Source: Azolla caroliniana
Taxonomy: Eukaryota > Plantae > Polypodiophyta
Length of the DNA: 64,000 nt
Reading direction: 5' to 3'
Assembly (NCBI GenBank): GCA_043228905.1
Contig: JBHGNT010000016.1
Span: forward strand, 15,934,001 to 15,998,000
Program-made: the position numbers and the translations under genes
Part shown: positions 40,501-53,558 of the stretch, piece after piece
Position numbering within the stretch: the first letter of the stretch is position 1
How the letters are laid out: the number at the start of each line of letters is the position of its first letter
The notes under the pieces: model-generated
Databases searched by the model: none
Told to the model about the DNA's origin: nothing
What the model saw: the letters and a program-made list of their open reading frames with translations, nothing else

Positions 40501-40908
40501 CCAATTTATATATAAGCCCCGTGTACAGTCTTTTTGTAATAATCCTTCCTAACTAATGGGAAAGTAGCTTCATTTTGGAAAAAAAAAAAAAAAAAACCAA
40601 AGGGCTACATTTATTTCCCCCAAAGAGTAAATGGCTAATAATAGATAACTTAAAATGTTTGTATATTATTCTTTATTCTAACAGGAACAAGCATTTTACA
40701 ATTATTATTACACGTGACAAATCCATGGCTATCACATATTTTTTTAGGAATCCATTAATGTTGTTGGATAGTCCATGATAATCACATGTTTTACGTAGTT
40801 TTTCCATATGTATGATCCCTGAGCTCAACTGAGTCGATGTATACCTCAGACATGGAGATTTCCACATATTTATATGATGTATTGCCATTCAAAATCGATT
40901 TCCTCGAC

Positions 40909-43900
40909 TTACTCATCATGGTCGATGTGCCTCCGGATCTCGAAGAGTCTCCAAAGGGTCCATCGATGCTTGGAATGCTCTGGCTCTAGCTCTTCTAGCC
41001 CATCCCTCCTCATCTTCTCGCTTGGAAGTAAGAGCTCCATCTGTGGATAATAATCAATGGGAGCATGGGGTATGACAGCCACTTTACCTTCCAGCATCTG
41101 CACCACACTACTCATGCTTGGCCGGTTCCTCGGATCGGTTTGCACACACAACATGGCTACCTCCACCATTCTCAATGCTTGCTCCTCATCATATATCTTT
41201 GCACCACCGATGCCATAGTTCATGAGTCTCTCATCCACCAGCTCCATCACACCCTCACGGGGATCCGATCTCATATCTAACGCCTTTCTCAATGCCCTCC
41301 AATCTCTCACTCTCCTCCCACTCACGATCTCCAGCAACACAATCCCATAACTATACACATCACACTTCTCCGTGATGGCCCCGTCTGTTAGCCACTCGGG
41401 CGCCAAGTACCCTGGGGTTCCCCTCATTATGGTTACCACTGCACTCTGTTCATCTCGTACCACTCTCCGGGACATCCCGAAATCCGATATCTTAGGGAAG
41501 AAATCGACTCCCAAGAGTATGTTCTGCGGCTTGAGATCCATGTGTATGATTCTGTCCTCACATTCTTCATGCAAGTAGGCCAGGCCTTTTGCCGTACCCA
41601 GGGCTATAGCAAACCTGCTCTCCCATGACAAGATCGGTGGCTGCTTTTCGGCCTTAATCTCCTCGGATTCTGGAGTAAAATTGGGCGTTTTACTGAAGAT
41701 CCAAGCATCCAAAGAGCCGTTTTCCATGTATTCATACACGAGGAGCTTGTGTGTTGCACCTTCCAGGCAGAAACCAACCAAGCGAACAAGTTGAAGATGG
41801 TGTGTCCGGCCCAGGATTGAGACCTCGGCTATGAACTCTTTATTACCCTGTTGACCTCCATCGATGAGTTGCTTCACGGCTATGGGCGTGCCATCCTCCA
41901 TAGCTCCTCGGAAGACATTGCCGAAACCACCACCCCCAAGCGGGTCCGAGAAACCGCACGTGTATTCGTGCATCTCCTTCCATGTGAATCGCCGGGGCTT
42001 CGTGCCCAGAAGTGAGTCTCCGAGGAGCTCCTTTTCGATCTCGTAATCTTCCAGTCGTCTGGCTTGTAATCTTCGTCTCCTGTGCACATATCCTCCACCC
42101 ACGAACATAGCGATGATAAGCACAAAGACACCTAATGATACTCCTATTGCGATGGGTTTGGTTATAGGAGTAGTAGGTGAAGAAGTATGTGGGTCCTCCA
42201 TGAACTTCAAGTATGCTATGAATTCTTCTTCAGTTGCCGAAGCATTAAATATGATGGTAGCTACGGGACCCTGGATGAGGAAACAAGAACCATTCCGTTT
42301 TGACTCCCAGAATGCAGCAGTGCAAGCGCAGTTGCCCAGACAGTGATTTTCCCAGCAATCTTTGGCCTCAATTCCGGTGTGATCGGGAGGAAGGAATGCA
42401 TTGGAGAAGTAGCTGGCCCCTGCTATGGTTGAACTTCCAAGCAGATTAGATCCATAGCCACAAGATGAAGGGTACGGTTCTCCATAACCCGCCTTGAACT
42501 TGCAGCCTAATTTGGAGTTATTGTTGGAATCTTGAAGCTCTAATTTATTAGACCCACCACAATTCTGTGTGCAAACTTGCTTCTCATTGTCACATAAACC
42601 ATAGAATCCGCAGAAGAGAGGCAATTGGCATGGATTTATAGAGCGGCTTTCGAAGAGATTAGCGAATTCGGTCATAACTGCAGTGCTGGGTAATCTGGTA
42701 TCAGTCAGTGTGTAAGCGTGAAGGTCTCCGTCACTCTCCAGCCTGAGGAATGTGGCATATGTTATGTTGAAGCTGTCACCGTGAATATGATGGGCATTCT
42801 CGAATATGATGGGCATCGAGCCAATGACGGGCGTCGATTGTTGAGGTCGCCTACTGCAGTTCTCTGGCGAGATTTGGTTGTATTTTGAAATTACATGGGG
42901 ACTGTATGAGTTTGATTAAATCTTTATGTCAATGAGATTTTCTAACTACTATACATATGTGGAATGTGGCGGGAATTCATTACAAATTCTTAATACTAAC
43001 CCGTCGATTGTTGATGGAACAATATCCAATTGGAGACTGCTGCGGCGATCCGGAGACCAGCACAATACTGCTGCATAATCGTAGGAGCGATTCAGTTCTT
43101 GTGTACCATTGACAGACCAAACCAGATAAGGATGTCCGTATCCGCCGTAATCTGTAGTACTATTAGAGGTATTGTTATTGAAGTCTTTGTATTGTATCTT
43201 GGTATAGAGTGTTAGGGTCCCGTTCTTGTCGATGGCTAGGGTGTAGATGGCAGTTTTGTTGGTAGATTCTGTCGTGGAGGCGGCGGTGAGATTCATCCCA
43301 GGCCGAAGGGCTTGCAGCACCATGAGCGTGTCGGTGGGATGATCGTATGATTGCCACAGTATCTGCTGTTTCAGAGTAGAGTCGCTAGGACCTGTGGTGT
43401 TAGTGAAGAGGACCAGGTTTCCTTCATACGTGATGGTGAGGGATGCATTGGTAAAACCGGGAGTATTCGTCTGCCACACGACCGAGCCGTTCCTGTCGTA
43501 ATCGACGAGCCGTAGATTGCCATCATCTGGAGAGAGGTGGAGGCAGGCGTTCTCACCCACAGGGTTGTCTGCATTGGCCGTCCACACGACTTTCCCTTTG
43601 TTCGCGTCCTGAGACGCCTTCCCGTAGGCTTTGAAGGCGACGAGGGAGAGGTAGTAGGAAGGGGTGCTGGTGCTGCATAGCTCATCCGCAGAGATGACGA
43701 AGAAGAGTTCGAAGATGAGAGTGTAGTCGAAATGATTATGTCCCGAATAAATGTCGGTCGAGCGACCTTGCAGCCTCTCCTGGGTGCTCAACACTTGTAC
43801 AAGGGATCCATTGTTGCAGGAGCGAAATCTGGATCTGATGTCGGGAAAGTCGCCCAAATCATTGGAATAGGAGAAGAGGTTGTCGTTGGCGTTGGAGGCT

Positions 43901-44088
43901 GGGAACTGGTAGGGGTCCTCAGCAGCAACACTAGGAATGGATGTTATTAATAGTAGAAGAAGTAAAGGCGTGGCTGCCATACAGCAGGAGAAGAAGGAGT
44001 AGCTGGCCCTCCTCCAAATGACATGAATTAAGTGTCCATGCCAATCCTTACTGTTATTAGCCAAGCCCTCCATCACCATGCCTGTCAT
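40909..44088 (-). CDS. G-type lectin S-receptor-like Ser/Thr kinase (SD-2-like, non-RD), copy B; join(44088..43001,42901..40909)
   Basis: Signal peptide from Met 43980; bulb lectin (VVWTAN, LWQSYDHPTDTL); SLG (FLRLESDGDL); EGF/PAN cysteines; TM followed by RRRR; complete kinase (GGGGFG, VKQL, HMDLKPQN, DFG, GTPGYLAPEW). A 99-nt GT-AG intron at 43000-42902 joins the two ORFs in frame. Confidence 0.9.
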
Positions 44089-44382
44089 ATCATAATCACA
44101 CCCACATGTGTAATGCTCTCTCCCTCTCTCTCTCTCTCTCTCTCGTGCGTGTCTATATAACCCACATGTTTTGAGCTATAAGAAGAACATGGACGACTCT
44201 CTTGTGCGTGTGTCTATATAAACCCACATTTTTGAGTTGTCCGTCAATATGAATGTTATACGGGGCCAACGTGTTTCCTTCTCTTTTGGTGCCAAGTACT
44301 GAGTGATCTTAGGTGTACGTATGCTCCTTCGACGTTGACTAAATTAAGAGAAAATGATGAAACAGATCAAGCCAACATACAT

Positions 44383-44615
44383 ATTATTGTCGTATAGCAA
44401 AATCGTAGTTTGCTTGTGTTTATGATGGTTGACTTCGAGACATTGTTATTATTGAAAATGTTGGCAACTGCATAATGATGATGAAGCATGATGCTTCAAT
44501 TATTGTCGTATAGCAAAATCGTAGTTTGGTTGTGTTTATGATGGTTAACTTTGTGAAATTGTTATTATTGAAAATGTTGGCAACCACATAATGATGATGA
44601 AGCATGATGCTTCAA
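44383..44615. repeat. ~115-bp tandem duplication in the upstream region of RLK copy B
   Basis: ATTGTCGTATAGCAAAATCGTAG...GAAGCATGATGCTTCAA occurs twice here; copies A and C have a single related unit. Confidence 0.75.
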
Positions 44616-46279
44616 ATGTCTAGCTTGGTTCATTGCTCAAGAGTTAGGTGGTCTACTCTTCCTACTCTTACAAAACTACCATATACCTAACATTGAATTT
44701 TGAAATAGGCGATGCCTCAAGAAACTATTGTATTCCCAATATATTGACTTTCAAACAAGGTGATGCCTTAAAAAACTACCTTATTCCAAGGTTGACCATC
44801 GCAATTATTGGGAATGTCTTAAAAAACTACCCTATCCCGATTCCCCATCATTGACTTTTGAATAAGACAGACCTTTTGCGCTTAATGAAGAGGATACCTT
44901 AGATATCATACCCACCTTTGGGATTATTACTAAATTCCATGTCACTTCCATGTGCGATTCCGTAAAAGCTCTATTTAAAGAAAATATCATCGTTTGTGTA
45001 AGGTTTTGTTTACATTTCACTCTTACATAAGGAACATATGTTAAACTTCCTTTTTTACCAACAAAACGACAATAAATGTTGCAAACGAAACTTCATTGAT
45101 CTAATTACCAATGTTGGGCAAGGTTTTTAATCTGTATCAGAAATTTTCCTATTTCCCATTATCCTAACCCAATTTAATAAATTTTAGCCAGTCATTTTCC
45201 AACAAGTGGTAATGTTAACAAAACGTCTTGAAATTTTTAAATTCATATATATATTTCCAAAACAAAATTACTAACTTGAAAATTTGCAATTGTGGAACAT
45301 TTGGAGATTCTGAAATTTATTAAATTTCTAGCACTATGAAGTCAACATATGCTAGAATCGGTATAAGGGAGTGACGAGTAGAAGGGAATATTGAGACAGA
45401 GGTAATGTCAAACACATGGGAAAGGTGGGGAGAGAGGGATTCAAAGACTTATGAGTTCGTCAGATAAGGAAATATAAAAACAATTTTGTTGTACCTTCGT
45501 TTACAAAACTAAAATTATGGCTGATTATAAAATATAAACAGGCAATATTTTGGTTTTCAGAAAAATCTTCCAATTGTCCCCCACATTAGCCGAAAAAACT
45601 ACTGACGTAACCAGATCATTAACACTCTTCCTAGGACTTTGCCCCACATTTCTAATTACCGATAATCTATGGATTAGAACATTGATAATCCAAAATTTTG
45701 CGTGACTAAGTGACCTCTATTTTTACTTCTTATGAGCCATATGTACATGATCCCTAATCCTAATCTTAACTCCTTCAAGATGATGACAATTCATAAACTT
45801 CATAGATGTGTGCTTAAGCAACATGTAAACGATGGAAAAGAGCAACATGAACCTCTTTGAGTTGAAGTTGACAATTTTAAGCAACAAATTTTTTCCCAAG
45901 AATTCTAGATGTTCATGCATTTTCAACATACATTGTATCTGATGTTGAGAAAGAAGGGAGTATATCCAATGCAAGAACATACAAAACTATGTAAGATAAC
46001 TCCACTCATTAGTTAAAGCAACAAAGTTATTGTTGTGGACCTAGAACATGGGGGTCTCGAAACAAGCTCAAAACATGGTTGGGACTAAAGAGCTCAAGCA
46101 AAAATGGTGATTTATTAGCATTAGATTAAGCAAGATTACACAAAGGGTTTATTACAACCTCCTTAGAGCAAAGATTATTAACACGTCCTTGTTCACAAGT
46201 GGAAGGATTGTGCACAAACAGATGGATAATGAATATTCCATTTGATTTCAGGGATTTATTAGGCATTTCATAAAACACA

Positions 46280-46347
46280 TTGATACCAATATCAGATTAT
46301 AAAGAATCGGGAGTGTTTCTGTGTAGCAAGAGAGGTGTGTGTGTGTC

Positions 46348-46378
<31 letters not shown>

Positions 46379-47064
46379 ACACGATCTATGTAACATAAAA
46401 ACAAAAAAAATATATTGTATTAACAAGGACCAAGAATAACCAACGCTTTACAAGGATTCAAGAGGAGAGGTGCTTATATAGTCACCTTCTCTCTATATTC
46501 TTTTTCTACAACGACCAATTACTAAAGAGAGATGAAGACTTAACTACACTAGATATGTGTCACAAAATCTGATAGTTCTATGTTACACTAGTTACTATAC
46601 TAGGAGGTGGGGTGTTCACACACTAAGGTGTGTTCCCACACTGAGAACGATAAGTTTGATTCTCAATAGGCCCCTTCAAACACAACTTCTGGTCATCAAA
46701 AAGTTGGTTTGGTCTCTTCAATTTGGCTAAATCGGCTTCGGCTTTGGATGGTCGGTACTACTTCGAATGACATCCTCATAATGTCGTGTGAGGCAGCTCC
46801 TTATTCATACTCTCCTCAAGCTCGATTGGTTGGTGATCAAGAGATCAAAGTTCGTCACGAACTGCCATAGCTTGTTGACTCCCAAGGCCTTTGTGAAGAT
46901 ATCAGGCGTCCACATGTTCGTGCTAATGTGTTGTAGGTAGATATCTCTAGCCAGGAAACATTCTCCGATCAAGTGGTAGTGCACCTCAATGTGCTTGGTC
47001 CGAGCGTGGAAGAATGGGTTGCGAGCCAGGTGGATGTTGCTCATGTTTTGTAGAATATGGGAAC
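46280..47064 (-). mobile_element. Copia remnant (RNase H C-terminus, PPT, degenerate LTR)
   Basis: NMSNIHLARNPFFHARTKHIEVHYH..PDIFTKALG at 46805-47064; PPT-like sequence ~46669-46678; LTR-like sequence to its left. Confidence 0.65.
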
Positions 47065-47065
47065 A

Positions 47066-47582
47066 AGATCAGCCACAACCAATTATCACTCCCAAGTAGA
47101 AATGGAAGAACGAAAATGAATTACAAAACAAGAGGACACAAGATGTTTACGTGGAAACCCTAAAATGGGGAAAACCATAGGAGCCCACAAACTCCAATCA
47201 AAATCACTACCTCGAGAGAAAATACACAAATAAGAATCTCAGGCAATGACCTTGAGTTCTTCTTCATCTGACAGATAGTTGTAGGGTTACAACCCTCTCA
47301 CACACTAGTTACAAAGGCAATTACACACTATTACTTGTTCAACAATGATCATACCACCCTCACTACTTGCCCAATGTATATTTATACTCCTATTCATATA
47401 TGAATATTTACAAATCTAGCATTGAGTCAGCTTCAACTGATTGAGTTATTGGTCAGATCGATTATATTTGAATTTGCTGATTTTTCGGCCATCAACTAAT
47501 TTGGCTTATCTTACCAGCCAGTACTCAATCAACTCCATCTGACTTGTCTTCTTTCCACCCGAACGGACCGGTTTTCCCAACA
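47066..47582 (-). mobile_element. Truncated LTR related to the 17513-22890 family
   Basis: Shares GCCACAACC, GTTTACGTGGAAACCCTAAA..GGGAAAACCA and the ...CCCAACA end with LTR 17513-18130. Confidence 0.65.
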
Positions 47583-48119
47583 CATTTCCATCGATCAAAC
47601 AAGGTCGATCAATATCCCAGATGTTTGTTATGACCTAGGTATAATGAAAAAATTATTATCAGTTAACGAAACTCTAATTCCATTCAAAGTATGCTAATAT
47701 TTGATACCAATTATCTTATGGTGAGACATTTAAAACATCATGTCCAAATTTGGTTGCCTTTATCGGATTCCTCTTAAAATGGAGTAAAACATGAATCAAA
47801 ACTCATACAAAATTCGGAAACCTCATTACGGATGCCTCTTAGAGAGAAACAAAATAGAATTACATCACTGATGAGGTTTCCAAATGTTGTGAGAGCATTG
47901 ATTGGTGTTTTGAAGATTTCACCATTTGGTAGTCGATGTCAAAGAATAACATAATTTGAATGGCAAATTCTATTATAATTCCATTAACAATGGCTTCATT
48001 AATTGATAGTAAAGTTTTCGTTATCATTGATGCCACTCTACTTTCAATATTGTCACACAACATATTGTCCTTACAGTCCACAACAAAATTGAGTCTTTGA
48101 TCGAACGAATTGAACACTC

Positions 48120-49680
48120 TTGGGTGCTAGTCGTGGTCTACTACAAGTTGTGGGTCTTCACGTCCAATTTTCGCAAGAGGCTATTGCAACCGCTTGCTAC
48201 ATTCAAAACCAATCACCTCATAAGATCTTGGTTTGCACATTCCATATGCAATAAATTTTGGCCGTAGACCGAATCTTTCTCACATTTGTGTATTTGATGC
48301 CATTGCATGTGGTGATATCTACAAGAGAATAGGATAAATAAGATCCAAATACCAAAAAGGGTATTTTTGTTGGCAATGGAAAACTAGGCAAAGTCAAAGA
48401 TTACAAATGATTTTATCTCAATAAAAAGGAATTTTTATTTAGCCAATGGATTACTTTTGATGAGGAGGGGCTCTTATCAAATCTCCCAGGCGAGGTAGAT
48501 CATGTTCTCTTCAGAAGATTAATACAAACTTACAGTGCCTTTGGACATTTGGAATATGAAAGGACACAAAGGCTCTACTACTAGAGAATGAGTGTGAAAT
48601 CGTGATGGTGTTGAAATAGTTCAAAGTGAAGTAATACATTGTCATCATCAAATTCTCTCCAAATTGAGTATTTCACCATTAACATGCAAATCAACCATGT
48701 AAACATGAAGATGGTCAAATATAATCAAATTTACTAATGGACAAACGTCATTGAATAAACAACAATAATTTAGCCATGATGTGTTGTCATCATCATCTGT
48801 TAATTTGTTCCCTAAAGTTGGTGATAACTTCAACAACCTTGGAGGAACCAATAAGGATGACTCACACACATCTTTCTCCAAGAACACAAATCTTAACGCT
48901 TCACCAAACTCACATTTAAAAGGTGAAGAGGAGTACTTCGAACAGTTAATACCAAAAAAACCTAAGATCAAAAGAAAATGCAAGAACATTAACGAACTCA
49001 TGGAGATGACTAAACCAATGCTATTGATTGATGTAGAAAATAATCATATTGATTATGAAATTATGGATGATCATGCTCATGTTTTTTACTTAACCACAGA
49101 GATGGCCCTTCATGGTTTCGATGCTACCCAATGGGATGCTGTAATGCAAGCTGAAGTTGATGTTTTAAATCAAAATAAGATATGGACCTTAGTTGCACAC
49201 CCAAAGACAGAAAAGTCTTTTCAAGGAAATATGTAATCTTCTCTATTTCTTCTAGCCTTAACCTTAAACACCATCAACTTGACATTGAAACCATTTTTTT
49301 GCATGGAGAACTCAAAGAAATTTATGATGGAGCAATTGATTCATATTTTAGATCCAACATTCCCAATCTATGTTTGCAAATTTCACAAATTATTATATGT
49401 TCTAAAATAGTCTCCACGTATGTGGCATTTCAAATTACACACTTATGTTGTTTCCATCTGCTTCAATCATCTTCAAGCAAAGCCAAATATCTTCATTCTA
49501 AAGGAACTATGTATGTCATTATTGACATTTATGTTGATCATTTACCAATTGCTTTGTACTCTATAACTTTCATATGCAAGATTATCAATTAATTAAAGGA
49601 TAAGTTCCCAACGAATGATCTTCGACCTCTCGAATATTGTTTTGGATTTAAGGTAACTCATAATTGGTGGAGTTTGAGTT
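48120..49680 (+). mobile_element. Old degenerate Copia pol remnant (integrase C-terminus to RT)
   Basis: EAIATACYIQNQSP, GIFVG, WDAVMQAEVDVLNQNKIWTLV, HQLDIETIFLHGEL, IYVDH motifs with many frameshifts. Confidence 0.75.
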
Positions 49681-50165
49681 CGACATCACTGGATAAGGGA
49701 ATTGGTAGGATTAAAAAAATATTGTTACATCACAGTTGAACAACAATGCGGACAGATTTCTCAAAGAAACGGGCGTCCTTTCAAAAACATTGGAACTATT
49801 GTAATAAAATTAGCCTCTATCTACGAAAGTTTGAAGAACTAAAATGTTTTCCATTAAGCGAAGTATTTTAATTTTAGAAAAATAAATGTGCTCCGTTGTA
49901 TCCCTTCACCAGAAGAGGTCTGCACATTCTCTAACCTCTAATAAACCAAAACAAACAAAATGTAACATAGAAACGATCAATCTTAGAATCAATACAACAC
50001 ATAATTGACTCTCTCTCTCTTTCTCTCTCTCATTTATTTCTCACATATTGGAACAAACTTTTTACAGTTATTATTACACATGAGAAATCCATGGTTATCA
50101 TATATCGTCCACGAATCCATAAATGTTGTTAAATAATGTTGAATAGTCCATGATAATCACATGTT

Positions 50166-53100
50166 TTACTTAGTTTTTCCATATGTATGATCACTGAGAT
50201 GAAGTGAGTCCATGTATTCCTCGGAAGTGGAGATTTCCATATATCTAGACGATGTATTGCTATTGAAAATTGATCTCCTTGACTTACCCATCATCGCCGA
50301 GTTGCTTACGGATTTCCAAGATTCTCCATCGAGGGACCATTTATGTTTGTAATGCTCTAGCTCTAGCTCTTCTAGCCCATCCCTCATCATCTTCTCACTC
50401 GGAAAGAGCTCCATCTGTTGATAATAATCAATGGGAGCATGGGGTATGACAGCCACTTTCCCTTCGAGCATCTGCACAACACTACTCATGCTCGGCCGGC
50501 TCCTTGGATCGGTTTGCACACACAACATGGCTACCTCCACCATCCTCAACGCTTGCTCCTCATCGTATATCTTCGCACCACCACCGATGCCATAGTTCAT
50601 GAGTCTCTCGTCCACGAGTTCCATCACACCCTCACGAGGATCCGATCTCATATCTAATGTCTTCCGCAATGCCCTCCAATCTCTCACTCTCCTCCCACTT
50701 ATGATCTCCAGCAACACAATCCCGTAACTGTACACATCACACTTCTCTGTGATGGCCCCATCCGTTAGCCACTCAGGCGCCAAGTACCCTGGGGTACCCC
50801 TCATTATGGTCACCACTGCGCTCTGTTCGTCCCGTAAGACTCTCCGTGACATCCCGAAATCCGATATCTTAGGGAAGAAATCGGCTCCCAAGAGTATATT
50901 TTGCGGCTTCAGATCCATGTGTATGATTCTGTCCTCACACTCTTCGTGCAAGTAGGCCAGGCCTTTTGCAGTACCCAGGGCTATAACAAACCTGCGCTCC
51001 CATGACAAGATCGGTGTCCGCTTCTTATCGGCCTTAGTCTCCTCGGATTCTAGAGAAAAATTGGGCGTTTTACTGAAGATCCAAGCATCCAAAGAGCCGT
51101 TCTCCATGAATTCATACACGAGGAGCTTGTGCGTGGCACCTTCCAGGCAGAAGCCAACCAAGCGCACAAGTTGAAGATGGTGAGTCCGGCCCAGGATTGA
51201 CACCTCGGCTATGAACTCTTTATTACCCTGTTGACCTCCATCGATGAGTTGCTTCACAGCTATGGGCGTGCCATCCTCCGTAGCTCCTCGGAAGACATTG
51301 CCGAAACCACCACCCCCAAGCGGGTCCGAGAAACCGCAAGTATATTCGTGCATCTCCTTCCATGTGAATCGCCTGGGCTTTGAGCCCAGAAGTGAGTCGC
51401 CAAGGAGCTCCTTTTCGATCTCATAATCTTCCAATTTTCTGGCTTGTAATCTTCTTCTCCTCTGCACATATACTCCACCCACGAATACTGCGATGACAAG
51501 CACAAAGACACCTAGTGATACTCCTATTAGGATGTGATTGGCTCTGGAAGTAGTAGGTGAAGAAGTATCTGGGTCCTCCATGAATTTCAAGTATCCCACG
51601 AAATCTTCCTTAGCTGCCGAAGCGTTGAATATGATGGTGGCTACGGGACCCTGGATGAGGAAACAAGAACCATTTGATTTTGACTCCCAGAATGCGGCTG
51701 TGCAAGCGCAGTTGTCCTTACAATGATTCTCCCAGCAGTCTTTAGCATCAATTCCTTTGTGGTTGGGAGTGAAGAAAGCATTGGAGAAGTAGCTGGCCCC
51801 AGCTATGATTGAAGCATTTGGTTTCTTATGATTAGATCCATGGCCACAAGAAGAAGGGTACGGTTCCCATTTGCCATGGCCCGCATTGAACTTGCAGCCT
51901 AATTTGGCATCGTTGGAATCCTGAAGCTCTAATTCATTCGACCCACCACAATTCTGTGTGCAATTCTGCTTCTCTTTGTCACATACACCATAAAATCCGC
52001 AGAAGAGAGGCAATTGGCATGGAATTATGGAACTGCTGTTGGAGAGAGTGGCAAATTTTCGCCAGACCGCAGTGCTGTTGGGATATGTGGTATCATTGAC
52101 CGTGTACGCATGAAGGTCTCCATCACTCTCCAGCCTGAGAAATGTGGCATATGTTATGTTGAACTTGTCCCCGCGAGTATAAGCATTCTCGAATATGATT
52201 GGTGTCGACTGTTCTGCTCGGCTACTGCAGTTCTCTGGGGAGATTTGATTGTATTTTGAAATTACTTCCGACCTGTATGAGTATGAATAAACATGTCCAA
52301 ATCTGTATGTCAATGACATTTCCTAACTACTATACATATATGAGGAATCTGGAGGCAATTCTTTACAAATGATTAATACTAACCTGTTGATTGCTGATGG
52401 AACAATATCCAATTGGAGACTGCTGTGGTAGCCCGGATACCAGCACAATACTGCTGCTGCTGCTGCATGATCATAGGAGCGATTCATTTCCTGTGTATGA
52501 TTGACAGGCCAAACGAAATAAGGATATCCATATCCGCTGTAATCTGTAGAACTATTAGAGGTATTCTTGTTATTTAAGGCTTTGTATTGAATCTTGGTGT
52601 AGAGTGTAAGAGTCCCGTTGTTGTCTATGGCTAGCGTGTGGCTGGCTGTTTTATTGCCTGATTCCGTGGTGGGGGTGGTGAGATTCATCCCGGATCGAAG
52701 AGCTTGCAGCACCATGAGCGTGTCGGTGGGATGCTCATAAGATTGCCACAATATCTGCTGTTTGACTGCAGAAACGTTAGTGTAGAGGACCATGTTTCCC
52801 TCATAGGTGATGGTCAGGGATGCATTGATATGACCGGACGTATTCGTCTGCCACACCACAGATCCATTCCTGTCGTAATCCACGAGCTGCAGATTGCTAT
52901 CGTCAGGGGAGAGGTGGAGGCAGGCGTTCTCGCCCACAGGGCTGTCGACATTGGCCGTCCACACGACTTTGCCTTTGCTCGTGACCTGCGCCGCCTTCCC
53001 GTAGGCTTTGTAGGCGATGAGGGAGAGGTAGTAGGAAGGGGTGCTGGCATTGCTCCTTCTGCACAGCTCGTCCGCGGAGATGACAAAGAAGAGCTGGAAG

Positions 53101-53465
53101 TAGAGAGTGTAGTTGAGTTTAAAATGTCCGGACGGAACGGCAGCTGGGCGACCATACAGCCTGTCCTGGCTGCTCAATGCTTGTAGAAGGGAACCGTTGT
53201 TGCAGGAGCGAATCGTGGACCCGGTGAGGGTAAAGTAGCCCACATCATTGGAGTAGGAGAAGAGGCTGTCGTTCTCGTTGGAGTCGGGGAACTGATACGG
53301 CTCCGCGGCAGCAACGATAGGAATGAACGTTATCAATAATAGAAGAAGTAAAGACGTGGCCGCCATACAGCAGCAGAAGTAGGAGCAGCCGCCCCTTCTC
53401 AAAATGCCATGAATTAAGCCTCCATGCGAATCCTTACTATTATAAGCCAAGCCCTCTATCAACAT
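50166..53465 (-). CDS. G-type lectin S-receptor-like Ser/Thr kinase (SD-2-like, non-RD), copy C; join(53465..52384,52272..50166)
   Basis: Same domains as copy B; signal peptide from Met 53366. A 111-nt intron AG|GTTAGT...TCATACAG|G (52383-52273) removes the in-frame TAG at 52323. Catalytic residues are intact. Confidence 0.92.
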
Positions 53466-53509
53466 CTGCCTCTCATATCATGATTCATAATCACACCCAC
53501 ATGTGTAAT

Positions 53510-53510
<1 letters not shown>

Positions 53511-53557
<47 letters not shown>

Positions 53558-53558
53558 G
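53511..53558. repeat. (CT)n/(GA)n microsatellite just upstream of the RLK start
   Basis: Present at different lengths before all three copies (~2876-2896, ~44116-44143, 53511-53558). Confidence 0.85.

Noticed and set aside
52323-52325. Stop-codon readthrough, RNA editing or pseudogenisation at the in-frame TAG splitting the RLK
   Set aside because: A canonical GT-AG intron conserved in all three copies removes it in frame, and the equivalent segments in A and B contain additional stops.
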